This document shows positions 10,177 through 19,461 of a DNA stretch of 64,000 bases, in pieces (position 1 is the first letter of the stretch; each line of letters starts with the position of its first letter). Location: the NCBI GenBank assembly GCA_041596355.1, contig JBFHIS010000005.1, forward strand, positions 29,430 to 93,429. Direction: 5' to 3'. The position numbers and the translations under genes were made by a program. This DNA comes from Sulfurimonadaceae bacterium (GTDB taxonomy: Bacteria > Campylobacterota > Campylobacteria > Campylobacterales > Sulfurimonadaceae). The notes under the pieces were generated by a model. It was not told where the DNA came from and did no database searches. It saw only the letters and a program-made list of their open reading frames with translations.

Positions 10177-11343
10177 ATGCTCTTTTCCGCTCCACTTAAA
10201 AGTAATTCAAAACGTGTCCTCCTGCTCGGTTCGGGCGAACTGGGTAAAGAGGTCGCTATCGAAGCACAGCGCTTAGGTCTTGAGGTGATCGCCGTTGACC
10301 GTTACGAAGGGGCACCTGCCCACTCTGTCGCTCACCGCTCTCATGTTGTCAATATGCAGGATGAAGAGGCGATCCTTGAGATCATCCGTCGTGAAAAACC
10401 GGACTATATTCTGCCGGAGATCGAAGCGATCAGTATTTCGGCACTTTTTAAAGCGGAAGCGGAAGGGTTTAACGTTATTCCAAATGCGGATGCGGTCTCC
10501 AAAACGATGAACCGTAAAAACATCCGTACCTTTGCAGCGGAAGAGCTGGGACTTAAAACAGGTCCATACCGTTTTGTGACAACTTTGGAGGGAATGCGCA
10601 GCGCCGGTGAAGCGCTGGGTTACCCTTGTGTGGTCAAGCCGGTGATGAGCTCATCGGGTCACGGCCAGTCGGTGATGCGCTCTGCAGAGGACCTTGAAAA
10701 CTCATGGGAAATGGCAAAAGAGGCGCGCGGCGATGCGAGTGAACTGATCGTTGAAGCCTTTGTCAACTTTGATTATGAGATCACGATGTTGACGGCGCGT
10801 AATGGTAAAGAGACCGTCTTCTGTGAGCCTATCGGTCACGAACAGCGTGATGGTGACTATGTTTTCTCATGGCAGCCGATGCGTATGAGCGACGTCGCAA
10901 AAGCCAAGGCACAGGAGATTGCCAAAAAGATCACCGACGGCCTCGGCGGTCAAGGTCTTTTCGGTGTTGAACTCTTCGTTGAAGGCGATGAGGTCTATTT
11001 CTCAGAAGTGAGCCCGCGTCCGCATGACACCGGTATGGTCACATTGATCACACAGTCGCAAAGCGAGTTTGCACTTCACCTGCGTGCAGTCCTCGGTCTG
11101 CCGCTTGGCTTTACCTTCTATGGTGAAGGTGCATCGGCAGCGTTCAAATCGGAGAATGACTCTTATGCACCGGTTATTGACGTGGCCGATGAGCTTTTTA
11201 CTAACAACTCGTTTGTCCGTGTGTTTGGAAAGCCGGAAGCACATAAGGGCCGTCGTTTAGCGGTTGCTTTGGTCCTTGACAAGGTCGAAGATGCCTTGGA
11301 ACAGTCTCGTAAGCTGATTACGAAGATCAGTGACTCGAAATAG
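10177..11343 (+). CDS. purT: formate-dependent phosphoribosylglycinamide formyltransferase (GAR transformylase 2)
   Basis: [17 protein letters not shown]...[15 protein letters not shown]...[13 protein letters not shown] aligns along its length with E. coli PurT. Start chosen at the ATG 8 nt after a GAAGG RBS; the ORF track offers 10153 as an alternative start. Confidence 0.9.
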   Translation: MLFSAPLKSNSKRVLLLGSGELGKEVAIEAQRLGLEVIAVDRYEGAPAHSVAHRSHVVNMQDEEAILEIIRREKPDYILPEIEAISISALFKAEAEGFNVIPNADAVSKTMNRKNIRTFAAEELGLKTGPYRFVTTLEGMRSAGEALGYPCVVKPVMSSSGHGQSVMRSAEDLENSWEMAKEARGDASELIVEAFVNFDYEITMLTARNGKETVFCEPIGHEQRDGDYVFSWQPMRMSDVAKAKAQEIAKKITDGLGGQGLFGVELFVEGDEVYFSEVSPRPHDTGMVTLITQSQSEFALHLRAVLGLPLGFTFYGEGASAAFKSENDSYAPVIDVADELFTNNSFVRVFGKPEAHKGRRLAVALVLDKVEDALEQSRKLITKISDSK

Positions 11344-11932
11344 TTTCAACGACTATTTAACTGCCAACGAGGCGGTTGATAGCGATCATCCGGAGATCAT
11401 TGCTTTGGCTGGAACACTGGCTGAAGGGTTGGATGATGATGAAGCGATCGCTAAAAAATGTTTTGAGTATGTACGCGATCAGATCGACCACAGCGGCGAT
11501 GTCCCGGCAGCGGTAACGACCTTCAAAGCAAGTGAAGTCCTGAAACATAAAACAGGATGGTGTTATGCCAAAAGTCATCTGTTAGCGGCACTCTTGCGGG
11601 CTAACAACATTCCTGCCGGACTCTGTTACCAGCGTCTGAGTCAGGGTGACGGTGGTCCACCGTACTGCCTGCATGGCTTGAATGCTCTGTTTTTGAAAAA
11701 GTATGGCTGGTACCGCGTTGATCCGCGGGGTAACAAAGAGGGGATTGATGCCCAGTTTTCCCCGCCGGTACAGAAACTGGCCTTTGCATTCCGTGATGAG
11801 AACGAGGGCAATTTTGAATATATCTACAGCGCCCCTTTGAAAGAGGTCGCTGAAGCACTGCAGAACAATGCCGGGTATAAAACGATGGTGCAGAATTTCC
11901 CGGATAAAACTTTATATGAAGAAGAAAGATAA
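11330..11932 (+). CDS. transglutaminase-like cysteine peptidase domain protein
   Basis: [22 protein letters not shown] (Cys in a transglutaminase-core context), with downstream His and Asp. Overlaps the purT 3' end by 14 nt. Confidence 0.65.
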   Translation: MTRNSFNDYLTANEAVDSDHPEIIALAGTLAEGLDDDEAIAKKCFEYVRDQIDHSGDVPAAVTTFKASEVLKHKTGWCYAKSHLLAALLRANNIPAGLCYQRLSQGDGGPPYCLHGLNALFLKKYGWYRVDPRGNKEGIDAQFSPPVQKLAFAFRDENEGNFEYIYSAPLKEVAEALQNNAGYKTMVQNFPDKTLYEEER

Positions 11933-12855
11933 TGAATATAGTACTACTTGATGCTTTGACTTTTGGAGAGACTGATCTCAGCGGTTTTAATGACTTGGGT
12001 AAGGTGACAGTGTATCAGACAACCTCGGCTGAGGAGACACCAGAACGTGTCAAAGAGGCGGATGTTGTTGTCACTAACAAGGTTGTTATAGATCCAGCGA
12101 TCATGGATGCTGCCGTTAACCTGAAACTGATCTGTATTGCAGCGACAGGGATGAACAATGTTGATCTTGAGTATGCAGCGCAAAAGGGGATCGCGGTTAA
12201 AAATGTAGCCGGGTACTCTACGGACTCGGTTATTCAACACACTTTCTCCATGCTTTTTTATCTGATGGGCCATGCACGTTACTATGATGAATATGTCAAG
12301 TCTGGAGAGTGGCAGAAAAGTCCTGTTTTTACTAACGTAACAAGATCATTTTCTGAGGTAAAAGGTAAAAAATGGGGGATCATCGGACTGGGTGAGATCG
12401 GTCGGGGTGTTGCCAATATTGCCAAGGCCTTCGGTGCTGAGGTCGTCTACTACTCGACGTCCGGAAAGAATGATAACAGCGATTTTGAGAAGATCAGTTT
12501 CACCAAACTCCTGGAGACCTGCGACATCATCACGATCCATGCGCCGTTGAATGCACAGACAAAAAACCTTGTCGGACATTCAGAGTTCCTGATGTTGAAA
12601 GACGGTGCGGTTCTACTGAACCTTGGGCGCGGCGGGATCGTAACTGAGAGTGCGCTGGCGGCGATCATTGACGTTAAAGAGATCTATGTCGGGCTTGACG
12701 TGCTTGAGAAGGAGCCGATGAGCACACCGCATCCTTTGATGAATGTAGAGCATAAAGAGCGTCTTTATATTACGCCGCATATTGCCTGGACTTCTGTTGA
12801 GGCAAGGGATAAGTTGATTGCTTCGGTGATTGAGAATATAAAGAGTGCTTTTTAG
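11932..12855 (+). CDS. D-isomer-specific 2-hydroxyacid dehydrogenase (glycerate/hydroxypyruvate reductase-like)
   Basis: NAD-binding GIIGLGEIGRGVA, catalytic-domain motifs, 307 aa. Its start overlaps the upstream stop (TAATG). Confidence 0.85.
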   Translation: MNIVLLDALTFGETDLSGFNDLGKVTVYQTTSAEETPERVKEADVVVTNKVVIDPAIMDAAVNLKLICIAATGMNNVDLEYAAQKGIAVKNVAGYSTDSVIQHTFSMLFYLMGHARYYDEYVKSGEWQKSPVFTNVTRSFSEVKGKKWGIIGLGEIGRGVANIAKAFGAEVVYYSTSGKNDNSDFEKISFTKLLETCDIITIHAPLNAQTKNLVGHSEFLMLKDGAVLLNLGRGGIVTESALAAIIDVKEIYVGLDVLEKEPMSTPHPLMNVEHKERLYITPHIAWTSVEARDKLIASVIENIKSAF

Positions 12856-12904
12856 ACTTTTTTGTTGATTATTTTAGTTTTCTAGAATTCACTGTTTTTT
12901 AACT

Positions 12905-13330
12905 TTTGAATCTGTTGGACATTTTAATATCCTTGACTACACTCTTTCCTTTTTCACGACCCGGCATTTAGTGCCTCCCTGCATTGCGCTGTTGGCGCTG
13001 ATACTCCGCAAAAAACGAAACCACACAGCACTAAAGTGCCGTACAGGACGGAACTAAATTCCGTATCGTGAAAAGCGCTCGTGACGGCTTTACCCGAGGG
13101 TATTTCCTTTGGTCACAAGTCGACAGCTGTCGACTCCCATCCTTCCAGTCATTCCTTCGCTAAAAACGACTAACTCACCTTCGGCTCAAACAGAGCCGTT
13201 TTATTAACGCTCTTTCACTCCTTACAGTCTGCCTTGCAGATGCCACGAATCATTCAATCGGTAACGCATCTATTGGATTTAAAAGCTTCGCTTTTATTCC
13301 TGTTTGAATTGCTTGGTGGCAGTTGCTCTT
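12905..13330 (+). repeat. intergenic repeat element, copy A (promoter-like head, hairpin arm unit, conserved body blocks)
   Basis: Shares TTGGACATTTnAATATCCTTGACTACACTCTT with copy B. Shares CGGCATTTAGTGCCTCCCTGCATTGCGCTGTTGGCGCTGATAC with copies C and D. Shares the GCGCTCGTGACGGCT, TCGCTAAAAAC, GATGCCACGA, GGTAACGCAT and AAAGCTTCGCTTTTATT..TTTGAATTG blocks with B and D. Sits between convergent genes. Confidence 0.6.
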
Positions 13331-13587
13331 GATGTCGAAAAAGCTTTATGGATTGGAGTTCAGACAGATATTGGCGTCTAACCGCCAATTAGCCCGGAAG
13401 CCGAAATATTCAACTCGCTCCCATGGTCTCCGTGGGAGTGTATATTTCAGTATCGAGTGATTCGCCCATATGTATTCCCACTTACAACGTGGGAACAAGG
13501 AGCTTAAACATAAAAAAAATCAGCCTTCATTAAGCAATATAGCCACGAAGAAAAGAGCCACATAATCTATCAAAATATTGACAAAGG

Positions 13588-13944
13588 CTATTTCCCGAAA
13601 AGCCGGGCAAAGAACCCTTTCCCCTGCGCCTTCTGTACCATCCGGATATAACGGTCAACCGAGGCTGCACCGACTTCATAGTCTTTTACCATCTTGTTCT
13701 TGGCGCTTATGCTGACACAAAACGGCACACTCTGTATCTGGTACTTCTGTGCCAGTTTCGGGTTGCGTGTCACATCGACTTTGGCGATGACAGCCTCGTC
13801 TTTGAAGTAGTTGTCGAGATGGGGCAGGTTGGCAAGGACCTCTTGACAGGGCCCGCACATCGGCGAGTAAAAATCGATAAAGATCGCTTTGTCGCTTTTC
13901 TCTACGAGTTCGACATAACTTTCATCACTCAGTTCTATAACCAT
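13588..13944 (-). CDS. thioredoxin
   Basis: 118 aa, FYSPMCGPCQ active site. Confidence 0.85.
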   Translation of the reverse strand: MVIELSDESYVELVEKSDKAIFIDFYSPMCGPCQEVLANLPHLDNYFKDEAVIAKVDVTRNPKLAQKYQIQSVPFCVSISAKNKMVKDYEVGAASVDRYIRMVQKAQGKGFFARLFGK

Positions 13945-14843
13945 TTCATAACCTCCATAGCAATAAAGATGACCCCTAAAAACATCACCGATGTCAAAAA
14001 GACCAAGGCTGTAATATCTTTAGGTCTGCAGTCATACAGAGAGCCCAGGTTTACATTGGCAACCGCCAACGGCATAATGAGCTCCATAAACAAAATACCT
14101 TTTATCATAGCATCCATCTCGATCTGCGAAAGTATAACAAAGGTGATAACCGGCAGCAGGATAAACTTGACGCTGCTGACCCAGCCGATCAGCATACGGT
14201 TGATAGTTGTGATCTTAACATCATAGAGATAGATCCCAAAAAGGACAAGCTGCATTACCATAGAAGCGTAGGCTCCCATCTGAAGACCTTTATCAACAAC
14301 TTCGGAAGGCTGATAGCCGTAGAGGTTGAGTGCGATCGCGATAAAAGCGGCCCAGATAATGGGGATCTTCAAAATGTTAATGAGGGATGCCCGTACGTTA
14401 AAGCTGCCGCGTGAGTAGAAATAGACGCCGGCGATGTAGACAAAAAAGACGTTGACCAGGTTGATAATGGTGGTGTAGGGAATACTCTCTTCACCAAAGA
14501 TAGCGATCCCCAAAGGGATACCGAGATTCCCGGTGTTGCCGATAAGCGCTGCAACCGTTGCTATAGAACGCTCTTTGGGGTCTTTAAACAGGGCACGAGC
14601 GACGATGACACTAAAGGCCAGGGCTATCGTGACCACAACAAAATAGAGGGCCGGTGCATAGACAAGGGTAGTGTCGATAGGCCGTTTCAATAGTCCCCAA
14701 AATGTTAAAAATATCTGCAGAAAATAGACCGAAAGAAGGGTGATCGTCCGGTCGTCTACCTGCTCTTTAAAGGTACGTTTGGCGATGTAGCCGACGGCAA
14801 TAAAGAGATAGATACTGAGGACCGAGATCAAAATTGAGTTCAT
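13935..14843 (-). CDS. AEC (auxin efflux carrier) family transporter
   Basis: 302 aa, about 10 TM segments; N-terminus MNSILISVLSIYLFIAVGY typical of AEC/malate-permease-like proteins. 10-nt overlap with the thioredoxin gene. Confidence 0.75.
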   Translation of the reverse strand: MNSILISVLSIYLFIAVGYIAKRTFKEQVDDRTITLLSVYFLQIFLTFWGLLKRPIDTTLVYAPALYFVVVTIALAFSVIVARALFKDPKERSIATVAALIGNTGNLGIPLGIAIFGEESIPYTTIINLVNVFFVYIAGVYFYSRGSFNVRASLINILKIPIIWAAFIAIALNLYGYQPSEVVDKGLQMGAYASMVMQLVLFGIYLYDVKITTINRMLIGWVSSVKFILLPVITFVILSQIEMDAMIKGILFMELIMPLAVANVNLGSLYDCRPKDITALVFLTSVMFLGVIFIAMEVMKWL

Positions 14844-14985
14844 AACGATATTGTAGTTGGTTGTGCTTTAGTTTTGGGTTAGTAAAACCCCTGCGTAAGA
14901 GAATCATAATTGCATTATTAAAGTAAGAAGTGCGTCAAAGTTTGACAGTCAACTCTAATCGTTTTCAGAGGTACCCTAAAGTAAA

Positions 14986-16644
14986 ATGACAAAAATCAGC
15001 CAAAGGATCGATGTGGTCGATGTATTAGTAATAGGAAGCGGCGGAGCAGGTATGGTAGCAGCACTCTCTGCCAAAGAGGCCGGTGCAAGTGTCGCTGTTG
15101 TCTCCAAGACATACCCTACGCGTTCACAGACCTGTATGGCTCAAGGCGGCATCAACGCCTCTATCGGTGAGGGAGACAGTGTAGAGTCGCATATTGCTGA
15201 CACCTTAAAATCCTCGCAAGGCTTGGGCGATGAAGCTGCGATAGACAAATTGTGTCGTGATGGTGTAGAAGCAGTGGCTTGGTTGGATGCCATCGGCGTT
15301 CCCTTTTCACGTTCTGCCGAGAGTAAGATAGCGCAGCGACGTCTGGGCGGAGCCAATGCAGACCGTGCCTGCTATGCGCAGGACTATACCGGGCTTAAGA
15401 TCCTTCATTCGCTTTATGACAGTTGTCTGAAAGCGGAGATAGCGTTCCATAACGAGTACTTTTTAATGGATCTGATCGTCGATGAGAGCGGTCAAGAGAG
15501 ACGTGTCTGCGGTGCAGTCTTCAAAGCGCTTAAAAGCGGTGAGCTCAAAAGTTTTTATGCGAAGACAGTGATCATGGCGACGGGCGGCTACAGCCGGGTG
15601 TATGACCACTACTCGACCAATGCAACGGGCTCAACCGGTGACGGTCTGGCCGCAGCGCTGCGTGCGGGAGCAGTTGTTAGCGATCTGGAGTTTGTACAGT
15701 TTCACCCGACAGGACTTAAAAATGCTTCGATCCTGATCTCGGAATCTGCCCGTGGCGCCGGCGGTCATCTTTTGAATGCGCACGGCGAACGGTTTACCGA
15801 TGAACTGCAGCCGCGTGATGCACTTTCTCGTGCCATAGATGAAGAGATCAAGAAGAGCGGGGCTGTCTTTTTAGACATTCGTCACCTTGGAGAGAACTTC
15901 ATCGACCATGAACTGCCGCAAGAACGAAAGCTTGCTAGATTATATGAGAATGTCGATCCTGTCACCGATATTATTCCGATCAAACCGGTGGCCCACTATA
16001 CGATGGGCGGTATTGCGGTAGATGAGACTGCAGAGAGTACGCTGAAGAGACTTTTTGCCGTCGGCGAGTGTGCCAACCATAATGTCCACGGGGCGAACCG
16101 TCTGGGAGGAAACTCTCTGTTGGAACTGATCGTCTTTGGAAAGGAAGCCGGCAGAAGTGCGGCCAAGGCGGCAAAAGAGGTGGAGAATGTGCAAGAGAGC
16201 GGAGAGGCTGAAGATGAAGTCTTACAGAAGTTGGAAGCAATTAAGAGCTACAGCAATGAGATTGATTTTTATCAAAGACGGACAGAGCTGGGTGAGATTT
16301 TTTACAGATATGCGGGCATAGAGCGCAGTGAAAAAGGGCTTATGACAGCGTTGGAGCAGGTGCACGGCATGCAGCACGAACTGCCGAAGATGGGAACGTT
16401 AGACAGACAAACAGTCTATAACACCAATCTTATGGAGTTTCTGGAATTTGGCAATATGTTGACACTCGCAGAAGCAATGTTAGTCGCAATGCTGGAGCGC
16501 AGAGAGAGTCGGGGGGCACACGCAAGAGCCGATTTCAGAGAGCGTGACGATGTGATGTACAAACGCCACAGCGCGGTGTTGCTGCATAACCGTAGAGTTG
16601 AGATAGGCTTTACGCAGGTAAGTGCGAAAGAGCAGGAGGTGTAA
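14986..16644 (+). CDS. sdhA: succinate dehydrogenase/fumarate reductase flavoprotein subunit
   Basis: FAD-binding VLVIGSGGAGMVAA; His for covalent FAD in MAQGGINA; RSESRGAHAR active-site region; no Tat or Sec signal peptide. Confidence 0.9.
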   Translation: MTKISQRIDVVDVLVIGSGGAGMVAALSAKEAGASVAVVSKTYPTRSQTCMAQGGINASIGEGDSVESHIADTLKSSQGLGDEAAIDKLCRDGVEAVAWLDAIGVPFSRSAESKIAQRRLGGANADRACYAQDYTGLKILHSLYDSCLKAEIAFHNEYFLMDLIVDESGQERRVCGAVFKALKSGELKSFYAKTVIMATGGYSRVYDHYSTNATGSTGDGLAAALRAGAVVSDLEFVQFHPTGLKNASILISESARGAGGHLLNAHGERFTDELQPRDALSRAIDEEIKKSGAVFLDIRHLGENFIDHELPQERKLARLYENVDPVTDIIPIKPVAHYTMGGIAVDETAESTLKRLFAVGECANHNVHGANRLGGNSLLELIVFGKEAGRSAAKAAKEVENVQESGEAEDEVLQKLEAIKSYSNEIDFYQRRTELGEIFYRYAGIERSEKGLMTALEQVHGMQHELPKMGTLDRQTVYNTNLMEFLEFGNMLTLAEAMLVAMLERRESRGAHARADFRERDDVMYKRHSAVLLHNRRVEIGFTQVSAKEQEV

Positions 16645-16645
16645 G

Positions 16646-17347
16646 ATGAAGCTTCATATTATGCGCAATGGAGAGAAGGTCAGTTACAAGGTGACATCAG
16701 AAGAGGCAACCTTGCTGCAACTGTTGAGTGAGATCAAGACGACACAGGATGCATCGCTGAGTTTTGCCTCCGGATGCCGTTCCAGTGTCTGCGGCTCCTG
16801 TGCCATGCGTGTTAACGGCAAAGAGGTATTGGCTTGTACTTATAAACCGCAAGATGGAGACCTTGTCGAACCTTTGAAAAATGTTCCTCTTATCCGTGAT
16901 CTTGTGGTCGACATGGAGAAAGCGCTGGACTTCAATAGAGTTGCCAAGGCTTGGGCCGGAGAAAGTGCCGCGACCATTGCTCTTTCGCCTGAGGATGCCG
17001 AGATCAATGAAGTGCAGAGTGACTGTATTTTGTGCGGTGCCTGTTACAGTGCCTGTCCGGTCTACGCGGTGAACCCTGACTTTATCGGTCCGTTTGCACT
17101 GACACGCAGTTGGCGTTATGTGAGTGACAAACGTGAAGAGGATATCGCCGGCAAGATCGCAGCGGTTCAGACAAACGGTGTCTGGGACTGTACTTTGTGT
17201 GGGGAGTGTGTGCCGGTCTGTCCGCAGGGGATCGCGCCGAAATCGGATATTGATATGCTGCGCAGTAAAAGTAATGTCATGGGGTATATGGACCCTAATT
17301 TTGCCAACTTTGGCGGTGGACTTGATTTTGGGGCACCTGTTTTTTAA
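16646..17347 (+). CDS. sdhB: succinate dehydrogenase/fumarate reductase iron-sulfur subunit
   Basis: 2Fe-2S motif CRSSVCGSC; CILCGACYSACP and CTLCGECVPVCP clusters; strong RBS AGGAGG before the ATG at 16646 (the track start at 16622 is rejected). Confidence 0.9.
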   Translation: MKLHIMRNGEKVSYKVTSEEATLLQLLSEIKTTQDASLSFASGCRSSVCGSCAMRVNGKEVLACTYKPQDGDLVEPLKNVPLIRDLVVDMEKALDFNRVAKAWAGESAATIALSPEDAEINEVQSDCILCGACYSACPVYAVNPDFIGPFALTRSWRYVSDKREEDIAGKIAAVQTNGVWDCTLCGECVPVCPQGIAPKSDIDMLRSKSNVMGYMDPNFANFGGGLDFGAPVF

Positions 17348-17387
17348 CATTTGATTGTATTCGTTAAGGATTGGTTTTTCTTTCTTT

Positions 17388-17700
17388 TTTGAACCTGTTG
17401 GACATTTAAATATCCTTGACTACACTCTTACTTTTTTACGCCGCAAAAAAAGTAAGCAAAAAACCTCTCGTGACGGCTGCGCGGTCGGTAGCTACCGACT
17501 GCTTTCACTCCAGTCGTTCATGTCCTAAAAATCCCTAACTCACCTACGGCTCAGACAGAGTGATTTTATTAACGGTCATTCTCTTCTTACGTTCAACGCT
17601 GTAGATGCCACGAAAGAGAGCAAGCGGTAACGCATCTATTTTAAATTTAAAGCTACGCTTTAATCCCTGTTTGAATTGTTTGGCTATAGCTAGTTAATTG
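17388..17700 (+). repeat. intergenic repeat element, copy B (same promoter-like head as A; lacks the 50-bp arm unit)
   Basis: GAACCTGTTGGACATTTAAATATCCTTGACTACACTCTT, then the CTCGTGACGGCT, GGTCGGTAGCTACCGACT hairpin, CTAACTCACCTACGGCTCAGACAGAG..TTTTATTAACG, GATGCCACGA, GGTAACGCATCTATT and AAAGCTACGCTTTAAT..TTTGAATTG blocks. Confidence 0.6.
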
Positions 17701-17945
17701 TGTCGCAGCAGGATGTTGAATCTCTTCTATAATAAAGTACAAAAGCACAATAAGCGATACACGTTACGACCGGAGATGATGTTTGCAGTAATGCGAAAAT
17801 GTACGAAGGTCCAAAGTCACATCTCTAAAAATATAAATTCAAATCGCAACTATAGAATAAGTAAAACAAAAACCCTCAGTTTGCTTTCGTTATACTTGGT
17901 TAGTTAATAAAACTATGGGTCGGGTGACCCCTAAAAAGAGGTAAC

Positions 17946-18446
17946 ATGGCAGCAAAAGAACATTCAGTAGACATCTCCGCAAAGATCGATATGCAGAGTT
18001 TTAAAGACGCGATTCTGCAGGTACAACGCGAAGTGGGGAACCGTTATGACTTTAAAGGCATCACCGCCGACATCGACTATAACGAAAAAGCCAAAACATT
18101 GACACTCACAACATCCAGCGACAACAAACTCGAAGCGCTTCAGGACATGGTTATCGCAAGACTGCTAAAACACAATCTCAGCTCAAAAGTGTTAGATGAA
18201 GCCAAAACAGAAGACAGTAGCGGCGGCAACCGTCGAATCGTCTATAAGATCGTTGACTACATCGAGTCCAAAGAGGCGAAAAAGATCGTTGCCGAGATCA
18301 AGAAGATGAAGATCAAAGGGAGTGCTGTTTTGGAGGGCGACTATATCCGTGTTAAATCAAAACAGATCGATGAGCTTCAAAAAGTGATCAGAGAGATCCG
18401 TGCGATGGAGTGGGATGCGCCATTGGTGTTTGAGAACATGCGATAA
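17946..18446 (+). CDS. yajQ: YajQ family nucleotide-binding protein (UPF0234; c-di-GMP-binding in some species)
   Basis: 166 aa, end-to-end YajQ-like (two ferredoxin-like halves; DISAKID...FKGI...). Confidence 0.85.
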   Translation: MAAKEHSVDISAKIDMQSFKDAILQVQREVGNRYDFKGITADIDYNEKAKTLTLTTSSDNKLEALQDMVIARLLKHNLSSKVLDEAKTEDSSGGNRRIVYKIVDYIESKEAKKIVAEIKKMKIKGSAVLEGDYIRVKSKQIDELQKVIREIRAMEWDAPLVFENMR

Positions 18447-18546
18447 AAGCCGTATCTCCGGCTTTGCAGCTTCTGATATAAAGTAATGTCTGAAAAGACG
18501 CAGCGTGGGCAGTGCTGTTTAACTGCCTGGATATAAAGGATAGTAA

Positions 18547-19182
18547 ATGAGTAAAATGACCGTAGCCGAAGCATCTGAATACTTTAAGGTCTCAAAAGAG
18601 GCGATCCATAACCGCATCCGCCGCGGTACCCTCGATTGTGTTATTGAACATGGGACAAAGTATGTTGTTGTCGGCGAAGTTAAAAGTGAACCGGTGCAGA
18701 CCAGTGCCGGCAACGACAAATACTACAGTTATATTGAGCAGGAAAATGCGGCTCTTAAGGCCAAGATTTCCGAACTTGAAGGTGAGACGCGTTCACTCAG
18801 AGAACAGCGTGAGCAGATGCTGATCGATGAGAAAGAGAAAATTGAGCAGATCTATAAAGAGCGTGACGCTCAGCTCAAAAGTGTTCTTCAGGTGGTCGCT
18901 TCCAAATTTTTGACCCACCAGAATATGGATGCAGTCATAGAAGAGGCTGTTTCAGCTGAAGAGCCGCCGGCTCTGGACGATGTGATCGATGTTGTTGATG
19001 AAGAAGAGGATATGGTCTCATTGAAACAGTTCATGAAACTAAAGATGTACTCTAAAAAGAGACGCGAGAAGATCAAGGCACGTTTTGAAAAGTACGCTTT
19101 TGATGATGAACGGATCTTGATCAAAGAGCGCAAGATGTATCTTAAGCCCAACCACTTCGACTACAGCGATCTTATTAAGTAA
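18547..19182 (+). CDS. HTH (excisionase/MerR-like) DNA-binding protein with an acidic coiled-coil C-terminal region
   Basis: N-terminal MTVAEASEYFKVSKEAIHNRIRRG helix-turn-helix; heptad-rich, acidic remainder; 211 aa. Confidence 0.55.
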   Translation: MSKMTVAEASEYFKVSKEAIHNRIRRGTLDCVIEHGTKYVVVGEVKSEPVQTSAGNDKYYSYIEQENAALKAKISELEGETRSLREQREQMLIDEKEKIEQIYKERDAQLKSVLQVVASKFLTHQNMDAVIEEAVSAEEPPALDDVIDVVDEEEDMVSLKQFMKLKMYSKKRREKIKARFEKYAFDDERILIKERKMYLKPNHFDYSDLIK

Positions 19183-19345
19183 TTAGAGTAAGTCTCAACA
19201 GGCTGATAATAGTCGTAGCAGAAGATAAGGTACTCGAGCTGATTGTCTGTAAAAAATGATTTAGACTCACGGTAGGACTGTGCAGTAAGGGTTGGGATAA
19301 AAAACAAGGATAAAGTGATTCTGTTTGTGGGGAGTATTGTAGCAT

Positions 19346-19378
19346 CCAGACACTCCTAAAAAAAATAGGAGTGTTTGG
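19346..19378. terminator. hairpin terminator between convergent genes (HTH gene on +, lipoprotein gene on -)
   Basis: CCAGACACTCCT-AAAAAAAAT-AGGAGTGTTTGG: 12-bp stem with one G:U pair and an A/T-rich loop and flanks. Confidence 0.55.
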
Positions 19379-19461
19379 ACAGTTTTAGAAGTTAATTGTG
19401 AGTCACTCAGAAGGAGCACCTTCAGAGAGAATCTCTTGTTCTGTTGCCTATATAATTTTAA

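Noticed and set aside
12856-13587. Known housekeeping RNA (tmRNA, RNase P RNA, SRP RNA, 6S) in the 730-bp ORF-free gap
   Set aside because: None of the conserved signature strings of these RNAs is present.
16697-17350. 217-aa minus-strand ORF inside sdhB
   Set aside because: It is antisense to a gene with intact Fe-S cluster motifs.
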